From positions 18,285,679 through 18,349,678 of the forward strand of contig JAHRHZ010000268.1 in the NCBI GenBank assembly GCA_024137785.1: a stretch of DNA of 64,000 nt, written 5' to 3'. The notes beneath the pieces were generated by a model. The model saw only the letters and a list, made by a program, of their open reading frames with translations, did not search any database and was not told the origin of the DNA. The translations under genes and the position numbers were made by a program. This DNA is from Ginglymostoma cirratum (Eukaryota). Positions 37,840 through 51,415 of the stretch are shown here, piece by piece (position 1 is the first letter of the stretch; each line of letters begins with the position of its first letter).

Positions 37840-38610
37840 AAGTACCCCACAAACCAGTCTTTGGACCACGCATTAATTTCCCTAAGCTCTTTACCCAGTG
37901 TTAATTTGTTCAGGTTATTATCCTTGAAGTTCTGCTCATTAATTTCTGCCTAGCTCCTCATACTGAATATGCAGGCACTCTTTTCTTGTCCTGCCTAGTT
38001 TGTGGTACCTACATGGACCATGATGATGAATCCTTCACCTCCTGCTGTCAGTTCCTCTGCAGCTCTAATCAAATGTCGTAAACTGCAGGCAATCCTGCCT
38101 TTTGTCTCTCACTCTTTGCTACACAAAACAGTATCATTCCTCTGTATTTTACTGTCCACTCTTGACTGGGGTGTTTGTTTTTGCTGTCTCAGCTTGAACG
38201 TTATCATAAACCATGATGCCTCGGTCAGTTAACTCATCCACTGTGAAGCCCTCATTCTCATCCAGACAAGCTGAAAGAATCTAAACCTGTTGGACAATTG
38301 CAATAGATGAGCCTCCTGTGCTCCTGCCTTCGGGGTCCCTTACCTGCCTCACTTATAGTCACACCTTCCTTTCCCTGACCAGTGACCAGATCAGAAGACG
38401 GCATCCTAGAGAATGTGACCACCCTATGGAATAAAGTGTCCAGGTATCTGTTGCCATCCTGATGTCTGGTAGTGTCTGGAAGTTTTGAGCCAAAACTGCT
38501 TGAGCTGCAAATACTTGCAGCAGCCATGTTTGCCTTGGATCACACTGGCCTGTAAATGCTACCCCATTTTGCAATCACAATAAACTACCTGTCTTGCCAT
38601 CTTTGTTATC
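37840..38610 (-). mobile_element. Probable decayed CR1 ORF1 region
   Basis: gtacctacatggacca (VVHVGT, esterase-like, on the minus strand) and an upstream Cys-containing segment; contiguous with the CR1 fragments. Confidence 0.45.
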
Positions 38611-39349
38611 TTAATTATGTAATTAATCAATCAATCATAAAATGATATTTTTAATCAATGTTTTTGGACATATTATAACTAAGGATAGGTAGGCCTCTAA
38701 AATGGACCTTTTGGCCCAGAGTTAGGGATGCTACCACTGGGCCATGAGACCCCACATTAATTATGAACTAATTATCATTAATTAGTAATTAACTTGAAAT
38801 CTCTTCTTCCTCGCACTAGCAGTGCTAGCTGTGAAACCTTAGCATCCAATCGTCTTTACCACTTAAGAATAAGATAAATATTGAACTGGCTAACTCCTTT
38901 CTTCCCTTCTCCTAGAATTTCAGGGTATTCCGGATGCTGCTGACACCCTGTCTCGGGTCCTCCCTTACCTGTTCATCTGAGAGCTGCTGACTGCTTGTTT
39001 CAGGTTCCTGCATTCACCTAGTTCTCTTGGTACTGCTGATTATCTGTCTCAGAGTCCTCCAGTGGTCACCTCCCTTCAGTGCTGCCAACTGTCTTATAGT
39101 CATGTTTATTGACTTTGGGTATGGCTAAGTTCTTGCGAACTTGCTTTACCTCCTAAATGTGATGAGTGTTACATTTTTATGAAACTTGGCAAAAAATTAT
39201 GGTAAGCTGGAGCTGGAAGCAAACATGGAGGAAGTCGACGTAAAAGTGGATGAGCTGAGTAAAGAAGAAAAGAAAGCTTGACTTTGTTACTGCTCTCCTG
39301 TGATGACCAGTTTTCAATATCCATTGCGTGGCAATTTAAAAAGATATAT

Positions 39350-39690
39350 TTGTAACATTGATCCTCTGATGAGGCACGAGAAAAAGAGATTTAAGTAGGG
39401 TTAAATCATGAGCGACTATGATAGAGTATATACAGAAGCACAGTTACTGCTGACTGAAGGAGCAATAATTAGAGGACACCAATATGATTAATAATAATCC
39501 GGATTCATGGCTCGAAAGTGCTGTGGAAGCCACTTTGATCATAACTATCAAAAGGGAGATAGATAAATACTTCAAGGGAAGAAAATTATAGGTCTATCGG
39601 TAATTGGTACAAATTGAGAGCTAACAATGAGTTGACACAGGTGTGATGGACATATGACCTCACTTTACGCTGTAAGATTCAATGATCAGT
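39350..39690 (+). mobile_element. CR1-type LINE 3' end, highly decayed
   Basis: agaggacac, aaaagggagatagataaatactt, acaggtgtgatgg...ctgtaagattcaatga tail. Confidence 0.55.
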
Positions 39691-41842
39691 ATTAATATAG
39701 ATGTTCCCTTATGAATTTAAAACAAAATTCACAAGAAACTAATTTATTCCAAGACTTTTACTTATAAGTAAAATAATTCCTATGATGCACTTATTCAAGT
39801 GTTTCTTGGATGAATGTTAAAATCCGTGGAAAAACAATGAATATATGTTCATCACAATTTCTGAATATTTTCTCAAATATGATATCTTTTGAACTTGCTC
39901 AGGAATCACTCAAAATCCAACATTACATACCTGGGAGTGTTACTTGTGAGTATAAGTCCTCCAATGAATTAGTTTATTGTGAATTGTGCTTTTTAACTGG
40001 GGGGGGGGAATATATCGCTTTGGATGGGGTGAACTTAGTACTTAGAATAATAGGTTCGTACTACACAAGGGTGCCATTTTCCCAACATGTCTGTGTAAGC
40101 TCAATGATATCAATTTAAGTAATCCCACTTTCCAGCTCTACACTATGTTCTGTAATTTTCACTCGACATTTATATCCAACTCCCTTTGAAAGTTATGATC
40201 AAATCAATGCCTTGGCAGTGCAGTTCTGATCACAATAACTCAGATCTTGCAATCATTAGGACAAATGGCAAATTTCAAATAATGGCAACAATTTTTATGA
40301 TAGGAGGCAAAAAAGTACTGATTGATTAACAAATCAACTATGATTAGCTAAGGCCAGTAAACCTAGAAGCTTGGGGAGGTTTTTGATCCCTGTTGCAATC
40401 CCCAATCAGAGTTGACTCACCAACTAAACAGCATCTTTGTTGTGGTCATTTGAAATTTGGCATTCTTGCATTTGTTCAGATTACTGCAAGATGAAAAGTT
40501 TTAACGGCATGTTTCTCTTTGTTAAAATATTCAAGAATTATATTAGTAAGCTACTCAAATTTGTGAACTCTAATTATTAATCCTTTAGTGAGTGAAATCA
40601 TTTTGTCTTCATTTGTTCTATAATAGTTCTTCATGATTTAATTTCTGTCTAGCCTTATCTGCTATCTGGCAAACAAACCCTGCTTCTCTTGTCACTCTTT
40701 CTCTCATTTCTGAAATCCATCATATAATTCTGTGCACATTCTCCAAGGCCTAGAAGTACTTACTAAAGTGTGAAGCATAAAGCCTATATAGTGGTGCGTA
40801 AATGTTTAGCATAATTCCTGTCAACCTTACATTCCTCTGGAAGCCTGGAAGTGCTGTCTTTCAAAATATCTCAGGCACTGTGCATTGGTATTCTTCATAT
40901 AGCTAGCCATTTTCCATGTGAATTGAGGTGAAGACTTTAAATTAATGGAAAAATAAACAGACAGACACGATGTTAATGCTTTTTATTTAGAAGTGTTTGA
41001 AATTACTTGTTGTGAATGCAAAAACTTCACAGGTAAATTCCATGTGGAAAACAATAATTACTTTTACTTTGCAGTCTTATTCTATCCCAGAATTTAATTT
41101 TGATATATCTTGATAAATTTCCAGTGAACTGGCTGCCCTGCAGAGTCTTATGTATGAGCAGATCCATTGTGACATTTTGGCCAGTGCACATATCTTTCAT
41201 GTAGTTATGTTATGTTACAGTGTGGTATCAAAAGAAATTTGGCTGAACCGCTGCATTTACTGGCAGATATAGTAATAATCCCTCTGAAAAGTGAAAATTA
41301 GGTGAGTTTATTTCAATTTGGTTGTGGGACTTGGTGACCGATGACCAATAAGAAAGCAGCTAATGATGCTCTCAACTGGAAAAAAATTCCCCTTAATGGG
41401 ATCCTGGCTGGATTTCATTGAGGTATCTACTAAATAGCTCACCTCCTGCCTAATTCAGCTGTTGTTATGAGCTTTTACAAGAGGACAAAAGGACCATCAT
41501 GGCAGCTGTAAAATAATATGCGATGTGGGAGAAATAAAGGAAAAATACATTAAGCAGTCTAACAAATTGTTGAAGGTTGAGTATAGTGGGACTGCGTCTG
41601 CTCTCAAAACTAAGCTTTGCATAACTTTCTGCACTGGAGTTTTAACTAGTAGAGTTATATGTTGATGATTCAAAATGGTTTATCTGGAGTTGGAATCTAC
41701 TTATTTGTAATAAATAGTAGCTCTTGTGAAGTGCAGAATCCTCGTCCATGCTTTCGATCAACCGGGGTTTATAAGACAGGTAAACTGGGAATTCAGAGTA
41801 TTTTTAAAAGGTTTTAACTTCTGTGATGACCCCAGGAATAGA

Positions 41843-44830
41843 AGGGCTTGATTTTCAGTGTGCTACCCCTTTGAGGCATAACACATCCTTGCTCGAAACC
41901 TCCATCTCCCAGGGTTTCAAGGATGCGGTCCCCATCTTAATTATGTGTGCTTCAACTGCTAATGATCCCATTACTGAGGAGCTGATTTGTTTCTGATGTT
42001 GGTCACATATGCTTATTAAATCCACCCTCAATGGATCCAAGAATAGAACGTATGGTTGTCACTGTGGCAGCTGCATTAAGAACTGCACAAAATGGGAACC
42101 CAAGATCATCATCACCCTTCAGTTGATGTGGAGCCATCTTCAAATACAGAATTTCAAGCCATAGATCACCTCATTATGCGACCAAGATGCTCATCTTCCA
42201 TATAATGGTGTACAGATGAACAATGGATAGTGGTGCATTTAGAAGTGACAGTCAGAATGCCATGGTATTGGACCAACATATTTGCAGTGCAGAATTTTCT
42301 TCCACTGGGGTTAGTACAGGCCGTAAAATTACTCCTCCACATCAGGTTTCCTTGCAGGTTATTACTTAGTGATTTGTTCTGGTGCTGTGTGGTAGAGTTT
42401 GCTACTTAATCCTTGTAATCTCTGCATTGGATAACTGGAGTATACATGGAGGCTATGTGCTGGGCCATGAGGATCCTTGAGAGTAGCAGCGTTCTGCCAA
42501 CTGGTTTTGGGATGCGGTTGGGGGAGGGGAGATTTTGAAGATGCTGCTTGGCCTGCTGTGTTCATCCAGCCCCACACCTTGTTATCTAAGAAAAAGAGGT
42601 CATTTTTCAGACAGAACAGTACCTTCAGCATCCAAAAGCGCAGAAACATTGGACAAAGCGATTCAGGAAGGCTTCCTTTGTGAATCTTATTCAGTGGAAC
42701 GAGAGTTGTGTGAAGTCATCTTCACTGACTGAGTGTTTTCATGCTGAGTCCAGCATGTGCTGTGTAATCCCAATTGTAAGTGCACTTTAACAGTGTGATT
42801 TTTCTATTGGTTTATTGCTATTCCATTACAAACTGATGGAAGCCTTCACCACATCCAGTGCACCTTCATTTAATCCTGACAAAGTTCCATGCCAGTATGG
42901 ACCTATGGAAAGGATAGTTATCGTTCAGACAGGGCCAGAACATCTTGTGGTGATAAGGATGGCTATGTTCTTTGCGTTTACTTTTGCAATTTTAGCTAAA
43001 ATGACATTTGCAGTCACAGCTGATGATGAAAAGTGAATTTGTATATACAAATGTGATAAAGTATTTAAAATGAAGTTTCACCCGTGCCGACTATGTGTCC
43101 TCACAGGGTTTTCTTTCTCATCCCACTACGTCTTGGTACAATCCCAGGGTCTGCAACTGTGGTGCAATGAATCAACCCTAAAGGGGAACCTATTGGCATT
43201 GGCATTTTGGACAGATGACTCCAGTGACTTTTCTGCCTAGAGTTTATAGGCATGTTAAGAGTGTTGTACCTGGATATAGGCTTCCCTTCTTCAGCTCGAA
43301 CTTCTCCAAGGTTGGGGGTTTGCAGGCACAGTGGAGGTGGGCAACACTTGGCACCTGCGAGCAGATTCCTGGCTGGGTACCTACTGTTCCCACCTTGATT
43401 TTTTGAGGGGAAGGGGCACCTGAACTGAGGTCAAGGTACCTGTTGCCTTGACTAAGCACTAATGGCTGGAGCAATGGAGATCAAGTCTGTGTGTATGCCC
43501 AGCAGACAGTTGTTCTGCTGGACCTGCAACTCTGTGGCATCCATTAACCTGTCCACTCAAGTGACCAGATGCCAAAGGCTGCATAGTACAAAAAGCACTG
43601 GTGGCATACTTTAACCTTGAGCCAGTTTTCCAAGCCTCCATTAAGCTTGCTTGCTGCTCCCGTGTCTGCTAGTGTGTTTGGATGAATTTTTAATGCCCAA
43701 CATCATGCTGTTCTCTCATGCCCAGGACTGAACAGGTGCCTAGTTGCTGGCTAGTCTGAATGCCGGTGACCTGGGATGTTTTCCTCAGACAGCTACAGTG
43801 ATGAAGCAGTGATGCAGAACATGATCTTAACTGTAATTTTGCCCAAGTACTCACTGAAGCCTCAGTGTCTGAATTGGTGGGCAATGCAGGAAATAGCCTT
43901 GCCAGTGCTTCCTCTGAGGAATCTTTTTCAGGAGTGAAGGATGAGATGACATCTTGAAGGGCTGGCCTCTTAATGGTGGTGATTGTACGGATGCCAGTGG
44001 TACTTGCGGGAGGTAGAAATGAGAATGAGCTGTGAAATAGCAGTAGAAGTTTGACCATGTTAAGGGGACATTTACAGTGCTGGTAATAGGAGAACAGTGG
44101 AGCCCTTGACATAAATCTTTCCTGGTTGCATGGTCTTGGAGGTCTCAGCATCACTACTTGAACAATCACAGTCCTCTTCCCACTAAGGCAAGTAGTTTCT
44201 CCTCCTAAGAGGTAAGGAGACCGAATGCCAAGCAACTCAGAATCTGTCTTGGCTCTCTTTGCCATAACATGGCATAGTTTCTCCTAGAGTCAGAAAAGGG
44301 AAGATTTAGTGAGATGAAAGAGGCTGGCACAACTTTTAGTGTTGGTGCAGGTGGAGGAAAGGTGGTGTGGTGTCCCGAGTAAGTGAGTAATTCAACGGTG
44401 CAGTGGACATACAAATTACTTTCTCAGTCAGAGCAAGTGAGAGAAGATGCTGCATACAATAGTGAAAGTAGACCATAAGCCTCTGTGGATGGTGGGTGCA
44501 GTAGCACAATTAGAATGAGTGTGAGATAGCAGAAAGAAATGGTGGCACTTCGCCTGTGGAAAGCAGAAGGTCACCTCCTTGCACTCCTGTGCGCTCCTTC
44601 AGACTGTGGACATCTCACTGTGCCAGGTGGCAACGTCAGACTATGCTGGCAGGGTCTGAATACTTGGTCTCGTCTTGGTAACCCTGAGTAAGGAGGTTCC
44701 CACTCCCATCATAGGACCTCCAGGTTCCTGTCAGCAAATCGGGATGCAAACTTGCCAGTGGCAGTTTTCTAAAATAAAGGTGTTACTAGGTTTTGTCCAT
44801 ATTTGTACCTCCTGCCAATGAAGGTGGGCA
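41843..44830. mobile_element. Possible decayed PIF/Harbinger-type DNA transposon region
   Basis: TIR-like gggcttgattttcag at 41843; minus-strand remnant at ~44750-44570 (..SRFADRNLEVL..) resembles the start of a Myb/SANT-like domain; no right TIR identified. Confidence 0.3.
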
Positions 44831-45228
44831 AAGAAAACGGTTTTGCTCCTTTGCTGGTTTGTTAGATCATCTGTAAACAATAAATCTCAAAAACTAAAAG
44901 CTGGCTTCAGTAAAACTTTAGTACGCAGATGGGGAATAGCCCATGGTAATACTGGTCGGTTCTTGGCAAAGCCGTGGATCAGATCATTGAATCCATTAAT
45001 ATTAGGATACAAGGCAAATTTACATTTTTCAGCAGTGTTGTCGGTTGTTTGATTTAGAATATTGTGGATGATCTCAGCTGCTGTGGTGCAATTTGGCACA
45101 TTTCAAAATGTGAGCTGTGTTTTTGGAGCAAGTTGTAGGATTTAGATTGGCATGAAGCCTCCTCAGTGATATGGTCTTAGATATTAGTGAAAAGAATGAA
45201 CTTTTCAGAACTGTCTAATTGCAATAGT

Positions 45229-45422
45229 TCTGGCAGCATCTGTGAAGGAGAAAATAGAGTTAAAGTTTCGGGTCCAGTGACCCTTCCTCAGAACTCAGTT
45301 CCGGACCCGAAACGTTAACTCTGTTTTCTCCTTCACAGATGCTGCCAGACCTGCTGAGCTTTTCCAGCAACTTTGTTTTTGTTCCTGATTTACTGCATCC
45401 ACAGTTCTTTTGGTTTTTATTT
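45229..45422. mobile_element. Fold-back Penelope-derived repeat with near-intact hammerhead core (minus strand, 45257-45296)
   Basis: Minus strand gagtt-CTGAGGA-A-GGGTC-actg-GACCC-GAAAC-TTT-aactc; long inverted arms; tctaattgca at 45214-45223 and 45423-45432. Confidence 0.85.
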
Positions 45423-47324
45423 TCTAATTGCAGCAGTGTTGAGTTCCCACAGCATGGTGGAACTTTGTGCTCTCCTGAGTGCCCTTTCCTTGTTTGCTTT
45501 TGTCACTGTGTGTTTCACTCAACTTTCCTTTGTTGCTTTTTGTTTAGATATTTGTGCTGGCTCAATACCAAACTGGCGCACCCTTTCAATTATTGAGTTT
45601 GTATCATATGAGTAGAATGTTTCCAGAAAAAGGCAATTCCATCGGTTTGTTTTGGACTTGTTCCTCTTCACTGCCTGCCCCGTCTCTATTCTCATTTTGC
45701 ACTTGGACACTGGGAGTTAAATGCATGCATTTCTTATGATAAATCTAGTCATTATCTCAGCGAAAATGACACTGTTGTGATATTCTTGAAGTTTGCTTCA
45801 AATTGCTGATATAGCGTCATGTTTCTGGGGATTCATTTGTGGTATGATTTGGGATAATCAAGATGTGTTGAATCTCTGTGTGTTATGAGAAGAAGTGTTT
45901 ACAAACCGATTCCAGTTAGTGGTTTTCAATGCATAAGACATAATAAGTTTGCCCATTTTGTAACAATATTATGTATGTAGAATATATTTTGTTTATTTGG
46001 GATGCACCGAGATATTCATTATGTTGAAACATATAAGAACTGTTCCTACCCTAAAAATTACATTGTGAGGCAGGGCAAATATTTTGAGTGAAAGATCGCA
46101 TATACAGGGGGTCCCTGATTTACGAACATCTGACTTAGAAATGCTTGAACGTAGGCACGCAATCCCATTCAGTTGTGTACTTTTGAAGATCTGATATACA
46201 AAAATTTCCTGTATTTATGGGCAGCTCCTTTATATTGTCCTGCATTGTGTCCTGACTTGGGTACAAATCAACTTGCAATACCCAGAAATATCACCTGTTT
46301 GCATCCTGGGGACTGCAAATAATGTACTTAACAGAACTCCATAATATATGCAGCAAGCAAAGAGCTGGACAAATGTTGCAGCAGCATTCAAATTTTATTT
46401 GTCCTTTCTAATTTTTGCTTTGCTACTTTTATTATGGCTCCCAGATCGATGGATATTGCAGTTTATACAGTACTGTGCATTTGACATGACATTAGTACAG
46501 TTTTGGAATGGCACTAACCTAATATCCGAGGTGTGCTGTTAATAACAGTAATTTGTGGAATCATTTGCATGAGCATTTGAGGAGTAAATGCAGACATCTT
46601 TTGTTCTGTAGACTTTACCTATACACTGCCATATCTGTATGTTTTTCGCAACTTATATAAATAACACAATTGAGATTTTAAGGTTGCAGCTTTTGCATTT
46701 AAATGTCACTGTAAATGTTTATCTGTTCTGTTTTAAAAGTATCCTAAGTGCTTGGCATGAATATTTCCCTGACTTATGTTACACTCTACATTTTATTATG
46801 GACAGTTTTCTCGTAACAAGTCAGCATTACTGTCTCCTTCAGGTGGTCTCGGCCCTATAAAGACAAGGTATTGCTTTAAGCTGAGCATTGGGGAAATACA
46901 AACAAATGAATTACGAGCAGGATGAGGCCATTCAGCCCTTCAAGCTTTCTCTGTGATTTAAAAGATCATGACTGGACCAGTTGTGGCTTCTGCTTTGTTG
47001 TTTACCTGCTATGCCCTTTTACTTTCTTGTCAGGCAAGTATCTATCTATTAGTATCTTAACCATATTCAATGTTTCAGCCTGTACTGCTCTGTGGGGAGA
47101 AAACTCTGCAGACTAATAACTTAGTCTTCTCTGTCTAAGGTTATTTTTAAACTGTGTCCCCTTATTTTTTATCTCCCAGAAGTAGGTTATTGCATTGATA
47201 TTGGGATGAAAATTGATTTGTATTGATCGAGAAGTACGTTAACTAAAATAAAATTAAGTTGCACTTGTATAGCAGCCTTCACAACTTCCGAAGTAGTCCC
47301 TGCAGACAAACATGGCAGCAGCTG

Positions 47325-47665
47325 TATGCTAGGTGTGATAATCTAATGGTATTATTACTAGATTATTAATCCAGAGACCCAGATCATGATCTGGGACCTG
47401 AGTTCAAATCCTGCCATGGTAGCTGTTGGAATTTTGTAAAGAATAAATCTGAAATTGAGAGTCTAATGATGACCATGAATTGTTGGAAAAGCCATGTGGT
47501 TCACTTACGTCCTTTAGGGAAGGAAATCTCCCGTCTGACTTATAGGTGACTCCGGATTCTCAGTAATGTGGTTGGCTCTCAATGCCCTCTGTTAATTAAG
47601 GATAGATGTTAAATGTTGGCTTAGCCAGTAATGCCCGCATTTCATGAATGAAGTAAAAAAAAATG
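47325..47665 (+). mobile_element. tRNA-derived SINE (SacSINE/DeuSINE-like) with L2-like tail
   Basis: A-box-like aatggtattattactag; B-box gagttcaaatcc; tggttcactta.gtcctttagggaaggaaatct core; tail agccagtaatgccc.cat..catgaatgaa-polyA. Confidence 0.75.
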
Positions 47666-48483
47666 CATGGCAGAATTTCTTAGATACCTGATTGGTTCAT
47701 CTGTTTTGGTGGTGTTATTTGAGAGGTTATTGTTGAACAAGATATTATGAAATGCTTTCTTGTTTAAATGGCCTTGTTTTATTCACTCATAGCACCCCTT
47801 AGTACAGCAGTCAGTGCACTGAAGTGTCAGCATAGATTATGACCTTAATTCTTACAGAAAGAACCCATGATTTCCTGACTGAGAAGTGAGACAGATTAAA
47901 TGGGAATTTTACATCTGTTTTGGTGTTAGGAATGACGGAACATCAGCATTGCTATATTATTGGACCGAAGATTTGTAAACTGTGTAAAACTTACCTTTTC
48001 TTTAAATAGTTCGTAGGTTTTATGAAATCTCTTCCTTGTCAATGTTTTGCATTGTTCCGTAAATGAAAGTAACAGAAAGTCTACATAACAGAATAATGAA
48101 AAATTAATTTGGTAATTAATTTATTGGTATGTTTATCTTTTTAATTTTTAAGAACGCAAGGATAATTTTTTCACAAAGCTTTCCCCCTTTGAATGCATGA
48201 TTAATGACGTCAGATAATGATTCTTCATTGCAAAATGTGGTAAATAGGTCATTAAACACAAAGCAATACTGAAGAAGGAGGGATGTTTGACGTAAGGGCA
48301 GACTCATGACATGGTCTTCATAGTATTTGTTGAGCACTCCCCATTTTGCCACATCCCTGCTGTATTACTACATGGACAAGTTACATTTCTGCAAAACCTT
48401 GCAAGGTGCTTCATAAAACTGAAAACTGTGGCCAACCAGCATTCTGGAGGCGCATGTAGAAATGAGAGAAGAAATTATTGCAG

Positions 48484-48675
48484 TTAGAGCTCAAAAGGCC
48501 TGGCAGCATCTGTGAAGGGAAATCAGAGGTACCTTTTCTGGCCTGGTGACTTTTTCTCCGGACCCAAAACATTAACTCTGATTTCTGTTCACAGATGTTG
48601 CCAGATCTGTTGAGCTTTTCTAGCAACTTTTGTTTTTGTTTCTGATTTACAGCGTTTGCTGTTCTTTTGACTTTT
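48484..48675. mobile_element. Fold-back Penelope-derived repeat with 12-bp TSD
   Basis: ctggcagcatctgtgaa / ttcacagatgttgccag inverted arms; aaattattgcag at 48472-48483 and 48676-48687. Confidence 0.8.
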
Positions 48676-49994
48676 AAATTATTGCAGGTCTCTGCTATGT
48701 GTGGACGGAATTGAAATGGAAAATTTAAACATTGCCTTTAAAATAGAAAACATCCCAAGGCACGCTACAGAAAATAAGGGTGAGACAGAGGGAAGGCATT
48801 ATTGAATACATTCGAGGCCAGGAGAGGATGGATGGATAGATTTTTGATCCCTTGGGAAATTGAGAGATATGGGAAGCAGGTAGGAAAATGGAGTTGAGGC
48901 AGAGGATCAGCTGAGATGATAATGATGCAGCAGGTTGAAGGGCTTTATGGTCCAGTCTTGCTTTGGTTTACCTTCTTTGAAGGAGGATGGAATTGAACTT
49001 CATGAACACTATGAAGGGAGGCGAGACAGCATCTAATAGACATTTCAATTGCTGAGTAGATTCTTATAAAATATATGAAAACAACCTTCAGGTTCCTCAA
49101 CTCAATATTTTAATAGAACAGTCACAATTTTAATGTACCTGGAATTGTAATTATCTAATGTCATCTCAATCCTTTGAAATGCCTGTTAGACTTCAAATGA
49201 ACAAAACATCTTGATTGTTGCATAATATTCTTTCCCACAAGTTCAAATGCAAGTCTTGGTGATAATGAGAAAGGCAACGTGCTGTATGTTTTTTTCCTCT
49301 TGTCCATACCAGACCAAAGTTAGTTGATGGCATTGATATTGTCTTAGTTAAATTCAAATGTACATAGGTGTGGCTTCTATTTGGTATTGAATTCCCACAG
49401 AAAGGAATTTTGAAGTGCAGTAAGTTAAAAGTACTTGTGTATGAATAACAGGAGTTAGAGCTGGGGAAAAAATGACTTTGCATATTTGGAACCTAGAAAA
49501 TGACAAAAAGAGCTTGTGTTTTATTTACCATCTTGGTAATTGCATGACTGAATGAAATGGAGCTGTTGACGAATGATATTCAATCTCTTACCAGTTTGCT
49601 GACAATAGAACCAGACACGAGGGCAGGGTAAATCCCAGTGGTGGAAAGCTTTGGAACTAAGGTCCATAGTTACCTGTTTCCTCCAGGCAGGCTATACTGA
49701 CCACATATGTCATAAGTTACTCATGTACAGTAATCTATTATTTTCTGTAAAACAATCTACCCAACTTATTTTTGAAGGAATCAATATTATTTGTTTCACA
49801 GTCATCCTTGGGAGCCTGTTCCAAAAATTGAGCACTTGGCCTTTGAAATAATGTTACCTCAGATTGGTTTAGAACTTACTTTACTTTAATCACTTCCTCT
49901 GGCTCACCTGTTCAGGGTAAGGTAAAATTAAACATTTTGCCATAGTCTACATTATCTAGACCCTTTAGAATCCTGAAAACAGGAAGCAATTCAC

Positions 49995-50430
49995 CTGAAG
50001 TTATGGATTTGCTCGCCGAGTCGGTGTGTTTGATTGCAGATGTTTTGTCACCCCGCTAGGCAATATCGTTAGTGTGCTGCTGGTGAAGTGTTGGTGTTCT
50101 GTCCCGTTTGTTATTTACATGCCTTGGTTTGCTGGCGTGGTTGACAGCACTTCCGGTTCTGTTTTACAGTGGTTTGTATATTGAGTCCAGTTCAATGTGT
50201 TTGTTGATAGTGTTCTGGTTGGAAGGCCAGGCCTCCAAGAATTGCCTAGCATGTTTCTGTTTGGCTGATGCTCTTATGGATGTGTTGCCCCAGTCGAATT
50301 TGTGTCCTTCTTTTTCTGTGTGTATTGAGACCAGTGAGAATTGATCATGTCTCTTGGTGGCTGGTTGGTGTTTGTCTGCAATCAAACACACTGGCTTAGC
50401 AAGCAAGTCTACTACCTTATCCACAACCTG
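49995..50430 (-). mobile_element. Penelope-like element 3' fragment (GIY-YIG endonuclease end plus pLTR, with inverted partial pLTR)
   Basis: HQPATKRHDQFSLVSIHTEKEGHKFDWGNTSIRASAKQKHARQFLEAW..NTINKHIELDSIYKPL; inverted repeat ~50007-50040 versus ~50375-50409; agca(a/t)ttcac at 49985-49994 and 50431-50440. Confidence 0.85.
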
Positions 50431-51204
50431 AGCATTTCACGTATTGACTTCTCTCTAGTTTACATAACATGCTTCCCAGTGTGATCTTTGTGTTCCTACA
50501 ATTGCCTGGTTGGTGTTTTTTGTGTCATCTTTAATAACTATGTTGTGTTTTTGAACGGTGGTAACCAGAACTTTACTCAGTGCGGAAGAAATGAAAATGA
50601 TGGAATTTCTTTGCTTTTTTGACTTACCAATGGCCTTATAACACCTCTCAACATCTGATTTACTTTGCTAACTGTTATGAATATTGTTGCAATGGTTTTT
50701 TTTTGTCAGGACCTTGTGAATACTTTAGTCTCCTGACAGGTTATTTTCTTAGTTTAGTTTATCGCAGTACATTAATTTGTAATGACAGACTTGTGCATTA
50801 AATTAAAATACATGCTTTACTTTTTTGCTATGTATATTACCTCAAGATGGGAACCATAATATGTAGTTGAAAGATAGCTGTGCAAATGAATAAAATAATA
50901 GTAATAGCATGCAGTACTCACATTTTAGTGAAATGGATCACATTTTGGTATGACTTTGTTTTCATTAGTTGTACAAAAGTTGCTGAAAATTACTCCTGTG
51001 AAATGTCCAAAACAGATCAGTAGTTGGCATGTGGCCGTACACTTAATATTATGATTTGGGCTTTTTCACAATGTGTCTAAAGTATTCCCAACATAAAATT
51101 AATTTGTATAAACAAACTCTTAGATGAACTGAAACCTTATAACTTTCAACCTGATGTGAATTCATAATAGTTTACTGCAACGCCAACAAGTTATTTGTTT
51201 ACCT

Positions 51205-51415
51205 TGGTTGACTGGACAGCTGGTTTGCAGAATAGTGACTCGAACAGTAGGGGTTCAGTTCCCACATTGGCTGAGATTACTGTGAAGGATTTTCTTTCTC
51301 TACCTCTCTCCTTGCCTGAGGTGTGGTGACCCGCAGGTTAAACCTTCTTCAGTTGTCTCTTTATAATGAGAGAGCAGTCCTATAGTCTGGTAAGACTATG
51401 GTGACTTTAGCTTTA
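51205..51415 (+). mobile_element. SINE-like dispersed repeat (same family as 7900-8092)
   Basis: Colinear similarity to the 7900-8092 copy. Confidence 0.7.

Noticed and set aside
43690-44265. 191-aa ORF, the longest in the track
   Set aside because: No recognisable host domain and no convincing splice sites; lies in probable decayed DNA-transposon sequence.
46843-46867. Possible 25-nt micro-exon (ctccttcag|...AAG|gtattg) in RSRC1 intron 1
   Set aside because: Such site pairs arise by chance in 28 kb; no independent support without RNA data.
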